DNA from: Hormiphora californensis
Lineage: Eukaryota > Animalia > Ctenophora
Reading direction: 5' to 3'
Length of the DNA: 64,000 nt
Assembly (NCBI GenBank): GCA_020137815.1
Contig: CM035360.1
Span: 3,224,001-3,288,000, forward strand
Shown here one piece after another: positions 1 to 34,400 of the stretch. The translations under genes were made by a program, and so were the position numbers. Position 1 is the first letter of the stretch, and each line of letters opens with the position of its first letter. A model generated the notes under the pieces. It did not search any database. It saw only the letters and a program-made list of their open reading frames with translations, and was not told where the DNA came from.

Positions 1-13
1 ATCCCTATAACTC

Positions 14-5488
<5,475 letters not shown>

Positions 5489-6946
5489 GATGGCGGTGGT
5501 GGAGCTTCAAATCTAAACTTGGGGGAGAGAAATGGGGTTATGGGGAGCTTCAAATCTAGAGTTGGGGAGAGAAATGGGGTTAGAGAGCTTCAAGTCTAGA
5601 GTTGGGGTAGAGAAATGGGGTTGGGATCTTCAATTATAAAATCTTTTGTCCAGCCGGAAGGAGAAAACTAAACTTCCTCTTTAAAAATGAAATTTATATT
5701 CGACTAAAAGTAAAACTCAAAACAAGAGAGAAGAAAAGCCACATAGGAAACCTAAATTAGAGCGAATAAGAAACCTAAATTAGAGCATTTTGTTTGTGGA
5801 CTACGTGTTGATAGACCTGGGAATTCTATTCTAATTATGTCATAGTCTATGTACATTTTCATTTAGGACTAGGAGTGCTGAATAATTAGGTCATAGTGCA
5901 CATTTGCATTTGGGAGTGTAAAGGACAGTGAGACACACAATAAGATTGGGTAAAGGAACCCCCCCCCCCCCCCCGCAACAAAGAACAAGGTAAATACTGT
6001 AATTGAGATTCGGTGAAATGTAACTTTAGGAGTCACACACAGTCACATACAACAAATTATAGGAGAAGCCCACGCCACCAGGGGATTTCCAAGCCCCTCT
6101 CTTACACTAACTCAGATCACATTACATAATATTATTTCAATGCCCTGGACCAATATATCGATACTGCATATCATTATTACATTCCTATTATAATAGGAGC
6201 TTCAGTGCACCATGAATGAATACGGGAGTCTGTGCAACATGAGGTACTGTTATCTTTTCCGGGTTATGTCATTACCTAATAATACTCATATCGAATGAGT
6301 AATAAGACTTTAATCGGAAAGCTCTACTACTATTACACAGGCAAACTTCGGTTAACAAGGGGGCTTGTAGAGTACTCCACCCCCACTCCACCCCACCCAC
6401 TCCACCCCCACTACCCAACATGACAGCTGGGTCCCATCTCCCTAACTTCATGGCTCCCTAACGGCCGAAATCTCGAGTTCGCTTTTCGTGATTTTAGCAC
6501 TAGAGTCCGCTACCCATGACAGCTGGGTCCCATGTCCCTAACTTCACTCTTTACTAGCTCTGAGCTCATCTTGCTCCCTAATAGTACTAGCTAGATCAGA
6601 GAAGCAAGCTGTGCAGGTAAGACACCGGCTAACGTGGCGTGTAGAGAGGGAGAGCATGACAGGGTAAAATAGGGAGAGAAAAAGAGAGAATGATGGGGTA
6701 GACAAGGAGAGAGACATTGATAAAGCTAGTGAGAGAGAGATTTGCATCAATTTTCTTCACTTCCTCTTGTTACCCGAATGCCTCTTGCTTTCTCTGACAG
6801 TGACGTGCTCCAAATTACCACCAAAACCTTCCAAAATTGCCGTCAATTGGTCTTGTTTTCTATACGTTATGTGGTTTGATTCAAACAATTGAACTAACCG
6901 GTCGGTAAAAACAACTTTCTGAAAACCATCCGCTATTTCTACAGGC

Positions 6947-9900
6947 ATGGTTCTTGGGCTGCTAATCTGCCTCCTTTTGGGCCTTGCCTCTGCCTCGCTC
7001 CCAAACTATCATGACCTGCTGGGCTTTGACAAAAACGAGAAAGGTGAAAGATTTGGGGCTCTTTCTACAACACGTGCCATGGTTCAACTTCACCCATTTT
7101 ACCATCATTTTACCATGCTTCCTCTTCTCAATTTACATTTTTCAGTGTATAATCCTGGCCCTAATAAGTTGTGTCTCAAATCCCTAATTGACGTCATATT
7201 TCAGGAATCATTGATCCTACGACTCTGATGACTGCATACCATGAAAAGATTCAACCTCTCTTTGCAAGTGGAAATGTCTTTTCTGACCGGAAGAAACTTG
7301 AGCAGTTTGCACTGTTCTTTGAGGCCCAAAAGTAAGAACCAATATTAGTTTTGTTTAATTTTCATTTTTCACAATATCAGGAGACTAATTTGGGTAATAA
7401 TGTTCAACACTCCTACTAGGTGTTTGACTGAGCTGGGCTGCATTGATGCGTATTTGAAGGGAGTAGAGGAGGGAGTAGACCCTTTCCCCCGCCACGAAGA
7501 TACCTCTGATGGATCTTGGGAGGGTGTTCACATTCTTAGTCCTTGGGAGTTCAGGTAGGGGAGCATTTGTGGGAGTTTCTCGACTTTTCTAGTTATAGTC
7601 GCTTATCAATGTCAAGACAGACACTTAAAAAATAAAAAGATATGGATTCCACAATAATAAATAAACTCTACGCAGAACCTAATCACGGACACAGCTATCA
7701 CCCCTCCCTCCATTCCAGGACAACGATTCTAGGTGGGGATGGATCAGAAGAATGGCTGGTTTACTTGACATCCCACACTGACAGCAAATATGTGAACCTT
7801 ATGAGAGAGGCCATTCTGGACGGACAATCCATCATGAGATACGGTATGAAGGAGTTGAGTAACAACAAGTAGAAGGAGTTTACCATGTTTATCAGAGGGG
7901 GTCAGGGGGCCAATCAGAGAAAGAATCAGAATAGAGCATAACATGATAAAGAGTATTTTACGTGCCTGTTAAGCAGTTTAAAATCAAAATCTAGAATCTA
8001 GATTATGCCAAAGCAAAGATCTAGCATAATCTTATAGAATCTAGATTTAAGATTATGCCCAAGATCTAGAAGTAGACTATGATCATGGAAAGGTTCTCAT
8101 TTGGAAACAATCTAACGAAACCTCTAGCTCTCTCTCCCTAATTTCAGAAAAACTAAAGGTTGGAGTGGTAGTATGTGGAGTGATGGAGTATGATCTATGT
8201 ACAGCACTTGGAAAGAAGATGGCCCTGATACTGTGGAACAAACAGGCACATTTCAAAGGGCAGATGAACTACTTCTCACTTACAAAGTACGATACATTGC
8301 AGCTTGCTCGACCCTATTTCCTAGGAAATTAGGAATTCCTCGCACGGGAAAAATAAAAAGGGTTTGAACAGAACAAATGATATTTATACTGACCACCACG
8401 CTCTAAAATGACGTCATACGACGCTTAAATATTTAATCGTTTGACCATTAGCTGTTCACGAGGTAATTGTCGTTAAAGGAAAAGGCTTGTGAGCCACATA
8501 CGCAGCATCTCCTCAACTATTCAAACGAGATAATCTTTTTCTCTCTCCCTCTCTCTCTCTCTCTCTCTCCCTCTCCCTCTCTCTCTATCCCTCTCTCTCC
8601 CTCATCCCTGACACAATCTCTCTTTAATCTCAGATTCCTGATCACTCAACTTGAAGCACAACATGAAGGTTTCAAAACGTACGAGCCAGAGGAGATTATT
8701 GACCAAGTAGTGAAAACTAAAAAGCCATTTTTTGCAATCGACACGAGCAAGGCGAAAACTGCCTTGTCCTACTCAGATATTATGACGGTAAGAGCTTGAA
8801 ACAGATACCAAATTAATTTGAAGTTGGAATTTGAAGTTGGAATTTGATCAGCGAATGCCCTTAGCTTAGGGCGTTCGCTGATAAAATTCCAACGTAAATG
8901 GTTGTGACGCGATCCTCTTTTGATCAAAACTGAAACATAAGCCTCACGAGGAGATCAGTGATTATATACTCAAAGTCAGATTTCTTGGCAAGGCGACAAC
9001 GCGTCTCACTCACTCTCTCTACCGATCACTCTCCCTAACTCTCTCTCCCTAACGATCGTCGATCACTCTCCCTAAAGATCACTCTCCCTAACTCTCTCTC
9101 CCTAACGATCGTCGATCACTCTCCCTAAAGATCACTCTCCCTAACTCTCTCTCTCCTCCCCAAAGATTGCTAAGATTGTGGCGCCATTCGTTGACATTGG
9201 ACTGATCGACTGTAACGCCCACAATGAAACGTGTGCACAGGTTATTTTTGACCCGACTAGTGAGGATAGAGTCAATGGTGAGTTACATGATGTAAACTAC
9301 CAGGAACCGACTGAAACAAGTAAACAACCAATCAGAACTCGTTATTTAGGTCACGTGACTGGTTATCAGCCAATCAGGGACCATTATTTTCGGTCGGTCG
9401 GTTCCTGTAAACTACAGCTCGTACCCCCCAGAAAAGAGGGCGAGTCAAAGGCTGAATTTCAAAAGTAGAAACTAGAAGCAGGAAATGGAATTTATTATCT
9501 TGTTTACAGCACGATATATGAATTCGATATAATTTAAAATATCGGCGCGTTCTTTGAATTACTGGTTCATCATGTGACAAGTGTTAATCGCATTAGTCCG
9601 TGATTACTGGCAATATAATATGGGCAAGCACATGGCAGTATTCCACCTGTAATGTGTTTACAAGATCTCGATCATTAATTTGCACTATCTAGATCTATAT
9701 AGCAGCTGACTCGAAAATACTATCATCAAGCTTGAAAAACAATATTTGTCATAACACATAACATGAAAAAACAGTTTTAAAAAAGTTTTAAAGCAGTTTA
9801 AAAAAGTTTTTAAAACATAACATTTCAGGATTCTATGTGGAGTACTACGAGTATTATAAAGAACTGAAGACCTTCAAGGACAAGCAAAACAGTTTATTTG

Positions 9901-12900
9901 GACTTGTTCACGTGTAAGTGAGCTTATTAATGACTAGCTTAAGCTGCTTAAGCTAGTCATTAGCTTGTATTGGTAAGCGGTAAATATATGTTGCCCTGAT
10001 CTGATAGAAACATACGTGTTCTATACGCGAAGATCATCCCCTTGACTTTAAGACATCGGACCATTAGCTTAAAGACCGAATCCGCGGCATTGCAGTTAGC
10101 AACTAAAGGCATGATAAGTGATAAGGTGGGCGGACTCTAGTGCTAACGGACTCTTTATCTAAATCCAAGGCGGACTCTATATCTAAAAACGGACTCTTTA
10201 TCTACAGTTAGATTTTGAAAAAAGTTTAGATGAAGAGTCCTCCCTGTGTAGACTTTTTAGATAAAGAGTCCGCCCTGTGTAGAATTTTTAGATATAGAGT
10301 CCTCTAGTACATTTTGGCGCCAAATCCTCCAACCCGGACTCTATGTCTAAAATCCTAACCCAACCCAAAACCTAACCCTAACACTAACCCAGACCCTAAC
10401 CTCGAACCCAAATAATGGCCCTAACACTTCTAAATTAGTATAGGGGTAGAGCAAACTCTCGTTTCCGGCCTAACGGCCGAAATCTCGAGTTCGCGGCGAA
10501 AGGCGGACTCTATATCTAATTTAGATTTATGTAGATATAGAGTCCACTTTGTTTAGACTTTTTAGATAAAGAGTCCGCCCTGTGTAGACTTTTTAGATAA
10601 AGAGTCCTCCTAGAGTTTAGACTTATTTGGACTCTTTATCTAAATCTAAATTTAGATATAGAGTCCACTGTAGACTTAGAGTGTAGCACTAGAGTCCGCA
10701 CACCAAGTGATAAAGAGCGGCTCGAGGCTTGATCACAGCGCTGGAAAGAATGAGTAAGAACGGGTATAACACACTGCAGTTGTGTTGTAAACTGGCTTGC
10801 AGTTAAACCAGATACAGAGCGCGGCAATTGCCGTGAGCAACCAGAAATAGCACTGTGTCTACAGCAGCATGGAGAGAAATAGAGAGGGGGAGCTGGAAGC
10901 AGAGAAAAAGAGAAAGGAAGGAGAGAAAAAGAGGTGTTATAAGATAGGAAAAGAGAGAAAACGTAATGGTCTATAATGGCATAACGAGTCTTTCTGTAGT
11001 CACAGCTTTCAATTGCACATGGCGAAGACTTTATCACAAGTCAATTAGAAATGAGCGTGATTGATCATTTATATTATACCGCGGCCGGTCATAACAATTT
11101 CCTTCTCCCAAATTAAGATCGAATAATATGTTGGCATCCATGCAAGACTTGCCAATGTTAAAATTACAACACAGTGCACTTAGCAACAACTGTATTTCTA
11201 TAAATTATCGGGGTCCGACTGTATAAGCATGAACACTTATTCATGCTATTTCTATATCTACAACTTATCCGTATTTCTATATCTAGGGACTGTGGGGATA
11301 ATGCAGGGACAGTTCTTGATACGATAGCACAGCGTGCTGTGAACGAAGACCAAAGGCTGATCAAGATAGAGGCTACCCCGCTGCACAAGATGACAATCAA
11401 AGTGAAGCATGGCAGAATCCCTCCTTTTGCCGTATACATGGGGCCCAAGATACCCGGGATTAGGATGATTGCTCTAAATGTAAGTACTATTACCAAACGA
11501 ATTCAAATATGTACTACTATTATACCGGGGTCAAACAAGTGGAAAATGTGTTAGTTTGAAAGCTGTTACACTGCCCAGACCTCTACATATATTGTAAGTG
11601 ACCGCTTGGGGTAACCTGTCAATTATTGGTGTAACCTGTTATTGGTGAAATATTGCAACCTGAAAAAGGAGGAAACGAGGCAGCATCCTATAGACCTGTA
11701 AAACAAGGCTAAACTTTTCAATAGGCATTCACCTCCTGTTACAATGTCCATATTATGTCGAATAAAAAGCGGTACCATGCGACTGCCAGTATTGTTATGC
11801 GTCGGGGGAGATCATAATTTAACCAAAGTTTGGGTAAATATAGATTTGTCTACTGTCATAATTAACCGGAAAGAGAGGGGGAATAAATATTCTTCATCTA
11901 TGATGATCATGATCAGGCATAACAATTACATATATTCATTCTCTTATGAATCTTATCTTATCTCTAACTTCTCTCTCACTCTTTTCTACCCTCATAACCT
12001 TCACAAACATCATCACATTCAAATCTAACACACTTTGACTCTCATCTACACATGTTCTAACCCATCTATCACACATCTGCCACTTCTAAGTTCCAAATCT
12101 AACACATGTTTTAACACACAGAATCAGTTGATGAAGGAACTGGGAGGGGACGGAGAGAAGAGGCTGTACCACCTCAGTTGTGACGATCTAGAACTCTACT
12201 GTTATCGCTTCCACGCGGATGAAGATTATGCTAAACTGATTGTTTTCAAGGAGGGAGGATTCGAAACACTGGTATGTGATTATCTCAATTATATAATGGG
12301 CAGAAAGATTAGAAGCCATGGGAATATATGAACCTTGTTTAATGTTTCTATTTTCTTTAGGATCACTCATGATATACTGATATAGTGCAACTCAGTTTAG
12401 AATCCTAATTATTACATCGAATTATTAATATTCTACCTGTACCTCCACAGTATACCCGAGACACAGTACACGACAAAGCGAATGCACTCAAGGAATCCCT
12501 AACTGGTAAACTGCTCACAATGCGGGCCGAGGATCTGTACGCTAAGCTACAAGATGGACCCATGGAGAATACTATGATACAGGTGAATTAATTAGCTAGT
12601 TGATTAATTAATCGATCGTTAAACCCGTCGTATATGCAGCAGACAATATGCAAGTGAAACATTTCCAGTAATAAAAATAACACATCAGAAATAACTTATA
12701 ATGCGCACTGCATTAGAGCTGAAACAAGCATGAACATGGTAGCCATGCCAACTCAGCTTGGAATGTATTTAAATCACACTTGTATTTATAATACACACTA
12801 TCCCACAGTACATGAACAGTACCCGGTACACAATGTACGACATGGACTCTGCCAACTCGCATGTGTCCATGTCACCAAAATCACACTACCCCACAGTACA

Positions 12901-13798
12901 TGAACAGTACCCGGTACACAATGTACGACATGGACTCTGCTCTGGAGAAGGACATCAGTGAGTTAAGGAGGGGAGCCAACCTGGTCAAGGAGGTCCATGG
13001 AACTACCACATACCTGGTGGACTGTGCCACACATAAGGAGATCTGTGATGCTAACAAGGTACAAACCAGGAACCGACCGAATCAGGAAATACTGCTCCCT
13101 GATTGGCTGATAACCAGTCACATGACCTAAATAACGAGTTCTGATTGGTTTTTTACTTGTGTCGGTTGGTTCCTGGTACAAACAAACTCACAAACACACA
13201 GTATGATGGGGGTTGGAGCACCGAGAAAACAAACAAACAAATAACGTATTGGGAGGTGGACATGGATTCTGTTCTAGAGTTCGACAAACCCTCAGGAGTC
13301 AGGGGGCATCAAGATTAGAAACCCAGTTTTGAGTGATAAACTGCAACAGATTCAATAATACTATAATAATACCAGCCGCTCAATCCAATCCAAAACCCAG
13401 CCGCTCAATCCAAACCAAACCAAAACTGCGCAGTCAACATAATACTTCCGTCACCAGGTGGTTGATTCCATGGGTTTGCACTATGTGACCCCTACACGAG
13501 TGATCAAACAACATACTGGACTCATAAAAAACCATCTTTATCTGGCCTTTGTGGACGAGGTATGAACTAAGAATTTCTAAACCGAACCTAGGATTGAGTA
13601 CCGAACAACTCCGGCCCCTAAAAGAGGATTCGAACAATGCATAGTCTGCATTGCATAACCTCCTATAAAAATAGAGAATGAAAAATACAAATCTTCCCAT
13701 AGGTATCCAAGAAGGAACAAGCAGTGGAGGACAACATGGATGAAGCCACCCCAGAATCGGTTGCTAAGGAGTTCGAGCGATTCAGTAACGAACTCTGA
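6947..13798 (+). CDS. ER-lumenal protein with degenerate J-like domain and multiple redox-inactive thioredoxin-like domains (DNAJC10/DNAJC16-like architecture), paralog 1
   Basis: Signal peptide MVLGLLICLLLGLASA, then LPNYHDLLG...AYHEK (J-like, no HPD). Trx-like motifs KVGVVVCGVMEYDLC, IGLIDCNAHNETC, LVDCATHKEIC. Phase-compatible exons at approximately 6947-7043, 7205-7331, 7420-7554, 7718-7842, 8147-8287, 8634-8787, 9166-9277, 9829-9913, 11287-11479, 12122-12271, 12451-12582, 12896-13058, 13458-13559, 13703-13798; ends ...RFSNEL*. Confidence 0.72.
9301..9407 (+). mobile_element. ~107-bp hAT-type MITE
   Basis: TIR CAGGAACCGAC...GTCGGTTCCTG; 8-bp TSD TAAACTAC. Confidence 0.9.
10125..10704. 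mobile_element. Non-autonomous Mutator-like (MULE) DNA transposon
   Basis: TIR GGTG(G/T)GCGGACTCTAGTGCTA; 9-bp TSD AAGTGATAA (10116-10124 and 10705-10713); internal GGACTCT-TATCTA repeats. A related fragment sits at ~6457-6512. Confidence 0.82.
13067..13175 (-). mobile_element. hAT-type MITE
   Basis: Same family; TSD GTACAAAC equals the first 8 nt of the intron. Confidence 0.9.
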
Positions 13799-14040
13799 AA
13801 TCGGTTGCTAAGGAGTTCGAGCGATTCAGTAACGAACTCTGATGATTTGTAAGACGGTGATTTGAGGAGACTGACATGACAAGATAACTTGACATACGGG
13901 GACGAATTAAATTTTAACATTTTACTATTTATAAACCAATTTGATCGACCAGTAAGACTGAGACAATAAAACCAACGCGTGTATGACTCAAAATATTTGT
14001 TGAAAACATCACAATATTTCCCCGATATTATTTAGGCACT

Positions 14041-29255
<15,215 letters not shown>

Positions 29256-29543
29256 AGAGAGGGATGGAGGGAGAGAGGGAGGGAGGGAGGTCATAACCGG
29301 TCAAAGGTAGAGGAGAGAGAGAGAGAGAAGGGAGAGATGGGAAAGGTTAGAACTGAAAAAAGATTGGACTCAATTATTTATTGTTTCAAAATGTAAATTA
29401 TTATTTATTTTAAAATTGATCTAAAAAGGGCTAAAAATCTGAAAAAAGTACTAAAACTCTCGTAACCGTAGTGGCTTCTATCGGTAATCGGTATCCAAGG
29501 ACGCGTTGAAAGTTCACCAGTCACACCATGTGTTGATCTAATT

Positions 29544-30426
29544 CTATCTCAGTGCATACATTTTAACAGGATACAAATGTCCTGGAAAGTTCTTCTGAGT
29601 TTCCTTCCTCACAATCTCCAACCCTGCCTGCCGGAACATTTCCTTCAGCATAGCCCCACATCTAGTTATGCTCCCATCCCTTGGATCCACCACACTGCCC
29701 CGTTCCAGAACATTGTCCTTGATAACAATGTACCCTCCCGGTCTCAAACTCTCCTTAAATCTCCGTAACAAAGCAATGAAATCATAATCAGCAATGTAAA
29801 TGATCACCCACTGAATCCATATCAGATCATAATGGTATGGAAGTGGTTCGAAGTCCTCCAAACCGGAACAAAACTGCTCTCCAACCCTTCCAAACAAGTC
29901 CTCACCCATGAACTCCCGAGCACTATCAAGATGTTCCCTACACGTGTCCACCATATCCACAGTCTCGGCCACGTGTAATAACAGCCCTGCCGTCACACGC
30001 CCAATACCCGCCCCACAATCCAACGCCCGGTATGGTGTGGATTCACGGTAGAGAGGGGCTAGGAATCGGGCCGAGGAGGAGAGATCGAGGTCGGAGAGGT
30101 AGGAATACCCACCCAGCATGCCATCCACTGTGCTGGGTATACCGGTCCAGTGTTCTTTGCTGTGTGAGTACCATGTGTCCCGGGAGGACATGGTGGCTCG
30201 GTGGGATTTGTTGCGGACCACAAAGTTCTTGTTTTGTTGGGTCGCGGGGGACGGTGATCGGAACAACTGTATAGAAAGGAAAGTGTGTGTGAACTTAGTT
30301 TAGCTGAGCGCCTACAAATACGGTGTGAGCTACACAAAAGTTTAGTAGCCCATGTTGGGTATCAGAGGTGTAGAATCCTGGCCCTAGATTGTTGTTTCTT
30401 ACCTTCCTCCAAAGGGTAGTTGCCAT
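29544..30426 (-). CDS. NTMT1: N-terminal Xaa-Pro-Lys N-methyltransferase (NTMT1/METTL11A family)
   Basis: PSTVDGMLGGY, ALDCGAGIGRVT, YDLIWIQWV, IVIKDN, LYPVKMYAL. Main exon 29544-30266 (internal ATG 30191) plus a likely upstream exon 30403-30426 (MATTLWRK). Confidence 0.95.
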
Positions 30427-31495
30427 AGTTAAAGTGAAAACGGAACTAACCAAGCATTAAAAACAAATAAATCCGGGCCAGGTCGGAGAGATCCAAATTG
30501 ATCAGAAGATTATGCAATGGAACAACACGGTAGCTCGATTATCAAGATTAGATCTCAATATATTGGACGCATGCCGCGTTGATACGCTTACAATTACATT
30601 GAATCTATCTCTCTCTATCTCTCTTTTTCTCTCCTTCTCTCCTTCTCTTTCTTTCCCTCACTCTCTCTGGCAGGCCATCTCTCTTTTTACTCACCCAAGT
30701 TTGGCATTGATATCTTAATTTGGCTCACGGTTTAAACAGGTTCTCTCTCACAATTCTCCTAGTGTTTATTATGTGTAAGAATGTGCATAAAATGAGAACA
30801 AAAGAGGAAAGAAATAGATGTAGAAAAAAGGAAAACATTCGTCAAACACTGACCTCTGTTAGTCCTCTGAATCTCGTATGCGTGAAGGAAAGAATCTTCC
30901 GAAGTCATTCTGTTCGGCAGTATATCTTGTCCAGCGCTCTGTCGTCACTCCTGAAAAGGGGCATATTATTTACAAATCATTACGGCGATTATTTTGTTTG
31001 CGTTACAGTTCAGGAGTGTGCAAATTTGAAAATAGCGTGTGATCAGTTCTTACCACTCTATAGACTGGTTGATTGCATGAGAGAATGGTTCCAGTTGGTT
31101 GACTAAGGTTGACAGCCGCGGAAGTCCTGTCTCATCGGCGTCGACCCGATCTGAGTGCATTGGTTTGAGAATCAAAACGGGGTCTGTCGGAGACACACAG
31201 CGGAAGTCAGGTAATTCTGTAGACTGTAAGTTAGAACTGGGCAAGTGGACAATAAGAGAGGGGATGAGGTTTTAGGATCAAGGAGTAGGGTCAGGGTATA
31301 GGGTCAGGGACTGGGAATTATAATTACCAATTAAAACAGCTGTATCTAAAATGCGGGTGTAAACAGATAAGTCGATAATTGTAACATTTCATACACCAGC
31401 CTCAAAACACAGTCACTAGGCAGTCCATATATGGAGATAAACATGACCATATATGGTCATATATCTGTCAATTAAAACTCTCTCTCCCTCTCTTC

Positions 31496-34400
31496 TCAAC
31501 CCCTCTTCTTCCTCCCCTTGCTTCCACCCTCGTCAGCTGATCGTTTCAGGTTCTTTACATCCGTCAAGAACTCAGTCAGACCGAACGGATCGTCCTCTTC
31601 CTTCTCAAATTGCACAGGTCCCTCACCTCGGGTACCCTGGCTGGCTCCAGCAAACTCCTTGTCTGGCACAAACCTGTAGGGAGTTAGTAGTTACATAATG
31701 GGTAGTATAGAAAGATGGAGAGAAAGAAATGGTAGAGAGTATTAGTTTTCTTATGATCAATTAAACATAAATTGAGCCAGAAAAACGGAAGCATCTCGAA
31801 ATGCTCGGTACTAAAACGTACTAAAACGTACCTCTTATTTTTGGTATATTCCTCAACATTATCCCCGTATAAATCACTGTCCAGATCCTTCTTTGGCCTA
31901 TAGATGGTATTAGCCGCACTACCTCCCCCTTTTCGCCAGGGCTGGTCGTATACATTGTAGGAATCATCTTCCAATCCATAGCCTGTAGAGATTGAAAATT
32001 GTTAAAAAGGACATACGAGTAACAAACAAGTGTTTACTGTCCAATGTAGTCTGAATAGTCTTTCACAACGACGGATTATTTGAAAATTTCTAGTCGATAC
32101 CATCCGAAAGTTCAATGGGGAATCCCCATTGAACTTTCGGATGGTATCGACTAGAAATTTTCCCCATTGGGGATCCAATGACGTGCCCGAAACTTTGCTC
32201 GGTGACAGAAAGGAAATACTACGTGTTTATCCACTATCTGTCTTTATGAAGGAGCAATGGTTTGGTTTGATTTCTTTACCTCTCACTCAACAGTCAATAC
32301 AATTTCGTTTGGTTTACTTTCTTTCGCTCTTGAAATCAACACACACATCCATCGAATCATGGAAGCACTTATCATTCTGATGCTTCTGGCCATGGGATAT
32401 CTGGCCTTCAACACCCTTCACCAGATGATCCGACAAATTGAAGAAGGACTCGCAGCAGAGGCGAGAGAGACCCAAAAACTGCTGAAGGTTTTGATAACTT
32501 CTCTCAACCTTAAACTTGAACCACTTACAATTGAACTGGGACCCGTGATTAGCTCCATTCTTGACAAGAATAAGGTACCATTCAATCATCACAAATTACA
32601 AAATACTTGATTAATAGTCAAACATTTGCAATCCTTCAAAAAAATAACCCCCCATTTCTTTCAGCGTGTACAGAAACTCGCTCACACTATTGTCGACCAA
32701 AACGCTACCCTGACATCCCGACAAGACGGAGTTCTACATCAAATCAAGAGGCTTCGACAGGAAGCAAACTACAACTTTGATCTGCTTCGGGACCAAAACA
32801 CTGATCAAAGCAAGTCCACCAATACCTGACCGTCGATTACACATGATTATGGCGGAAGCCGGAACGTTGTGAATAAATAATGTGTCCTCCCTGTGTTCAA
32901 CAGCTGGAGAGCAGATACAACCCACGAAGGGTACCACCCAACTACCACAACTCATTTGGTTTAATCTCTTTCGCTCTTGAAATCAGTATCCTCCGGGAAG
33001 ACACTTTGATTTCGTTTGCTCTCTTGAAAACACTTGAAGTCAACTTACAAACCCATCTAGTTATGGAAGCGCTTATCCTTCTGATGCTGTTGGCCCTTGG
33101 ATACCTGGCCTTAAAAACTCTTCAACAAATGATCCGACAGACTGAAGAAGGACTCGCAGCGGAGGCAAGAGAAACTCACAAACTTCTAAATGCCTTAACC
33201 TTGAACCTTGAACCACTTACTCTTGAATTGGGACCAGTGATTAGGTCCACTCTTGACAAAAACAAGGTAAGACGTAAGTACCATACAATTTAATAACAAT
33301 TAACATTACAAGTTGCAAACTACTTAATTGGGGGGGGGGGGTCCAGCCCTAAAAAAAGCTAAACTAACGGCCAAAATCAGGGTACCTTAAGCTTTTTTTA
33401 GCTTTTTTTAGCTTTTTTTTAAGCTTTTTTAGCCTTTTTTTAGCTTTTTTAGCTTTTTTTAGCTTTTTTTAGGCTAAAAAAAAGCTAAAAAAAGCTAAAA
33501 TTGAGTTTTTAGTGGATTCATATAGGTTCGAATCCCGCTGACGCCAAATTTTTTAAACTTTTATTATAACGTTTTATAACGTTTTTTGAACTTTTTTAAA
33601 ACTATTTTTATCAAATTTGAATAATAATTTTATCGGAAAAATGTCTCCAGAAAATGGCAGTAGGGGTGGATACAGAAATTGCTATGTATGGACATAAACG
33701 GTAGATTATGGTAAAAAAATGTGCAGGAAATGAACAAATGCAGTCAATAGACGTCCGGAAGGATGAAAATTTAATGGAAAAGTGTCAAGATGAATGCTGA
33801 AAAAACATAAAAAGTAGGGCTAAAAAAGCTAAAAAAAGCTAAAAAAAGCTAAAATAAAAAACGCTATAATAATAATAATAATAATAAATTATGACATCAA
33901 TGTCATCTCTTGCCTTGTTTGAACAAAACAAGTCATCTCATATATTTTCTCAAACTTTCTTTACCCTATTCAACTTCATAACCTTCAAAGAGTTAAAATA
34001 AATATATTTATCTCTTACATAACATCTTATTTGAATCACTTCTGAATTTCAATATACGTTGATTCCTTTGCATTTGGCAAATTTAGGATTAGAAATCATA
34101 TAATTCACGTAGGCATCGCGCCCGTCAGCACGTAGTTTATCATAAATCAATGAGCTAAGCTCCCAGAATTGGCCATTGGAAGGTAAACCAGCTGATGTAA
34201 TCCCCACCTTGTATTTCTCCAAACGGGCTTTGAAAGCATTTACTGATGGGGCTTCTTTCACTGTCGCAGGTAGCTTGTTCCAGTAGTTGGCACATCTGTT
34301 AAAAAGCACAGAGTCACCCTTGGAGTCTTTCAAGATGTTTGCACCACTCCTCGACAAACGAAACAAGTCCTGCCCGTATCGAACCTTTCCAGTGATGATC

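Noticed and set aside
9292-9417. MITE creating a new intron (Introner-like) inside an exon
   Set aside because: A consensus donor G|GTGAGT at ~9278 gives the phase needed by the next exon, so the MITE is already intronic.
30720-31244. ORFs between SNW1 and NTMT1
   Set aside because: No domain motifs or supporting exon structure that I could identify.
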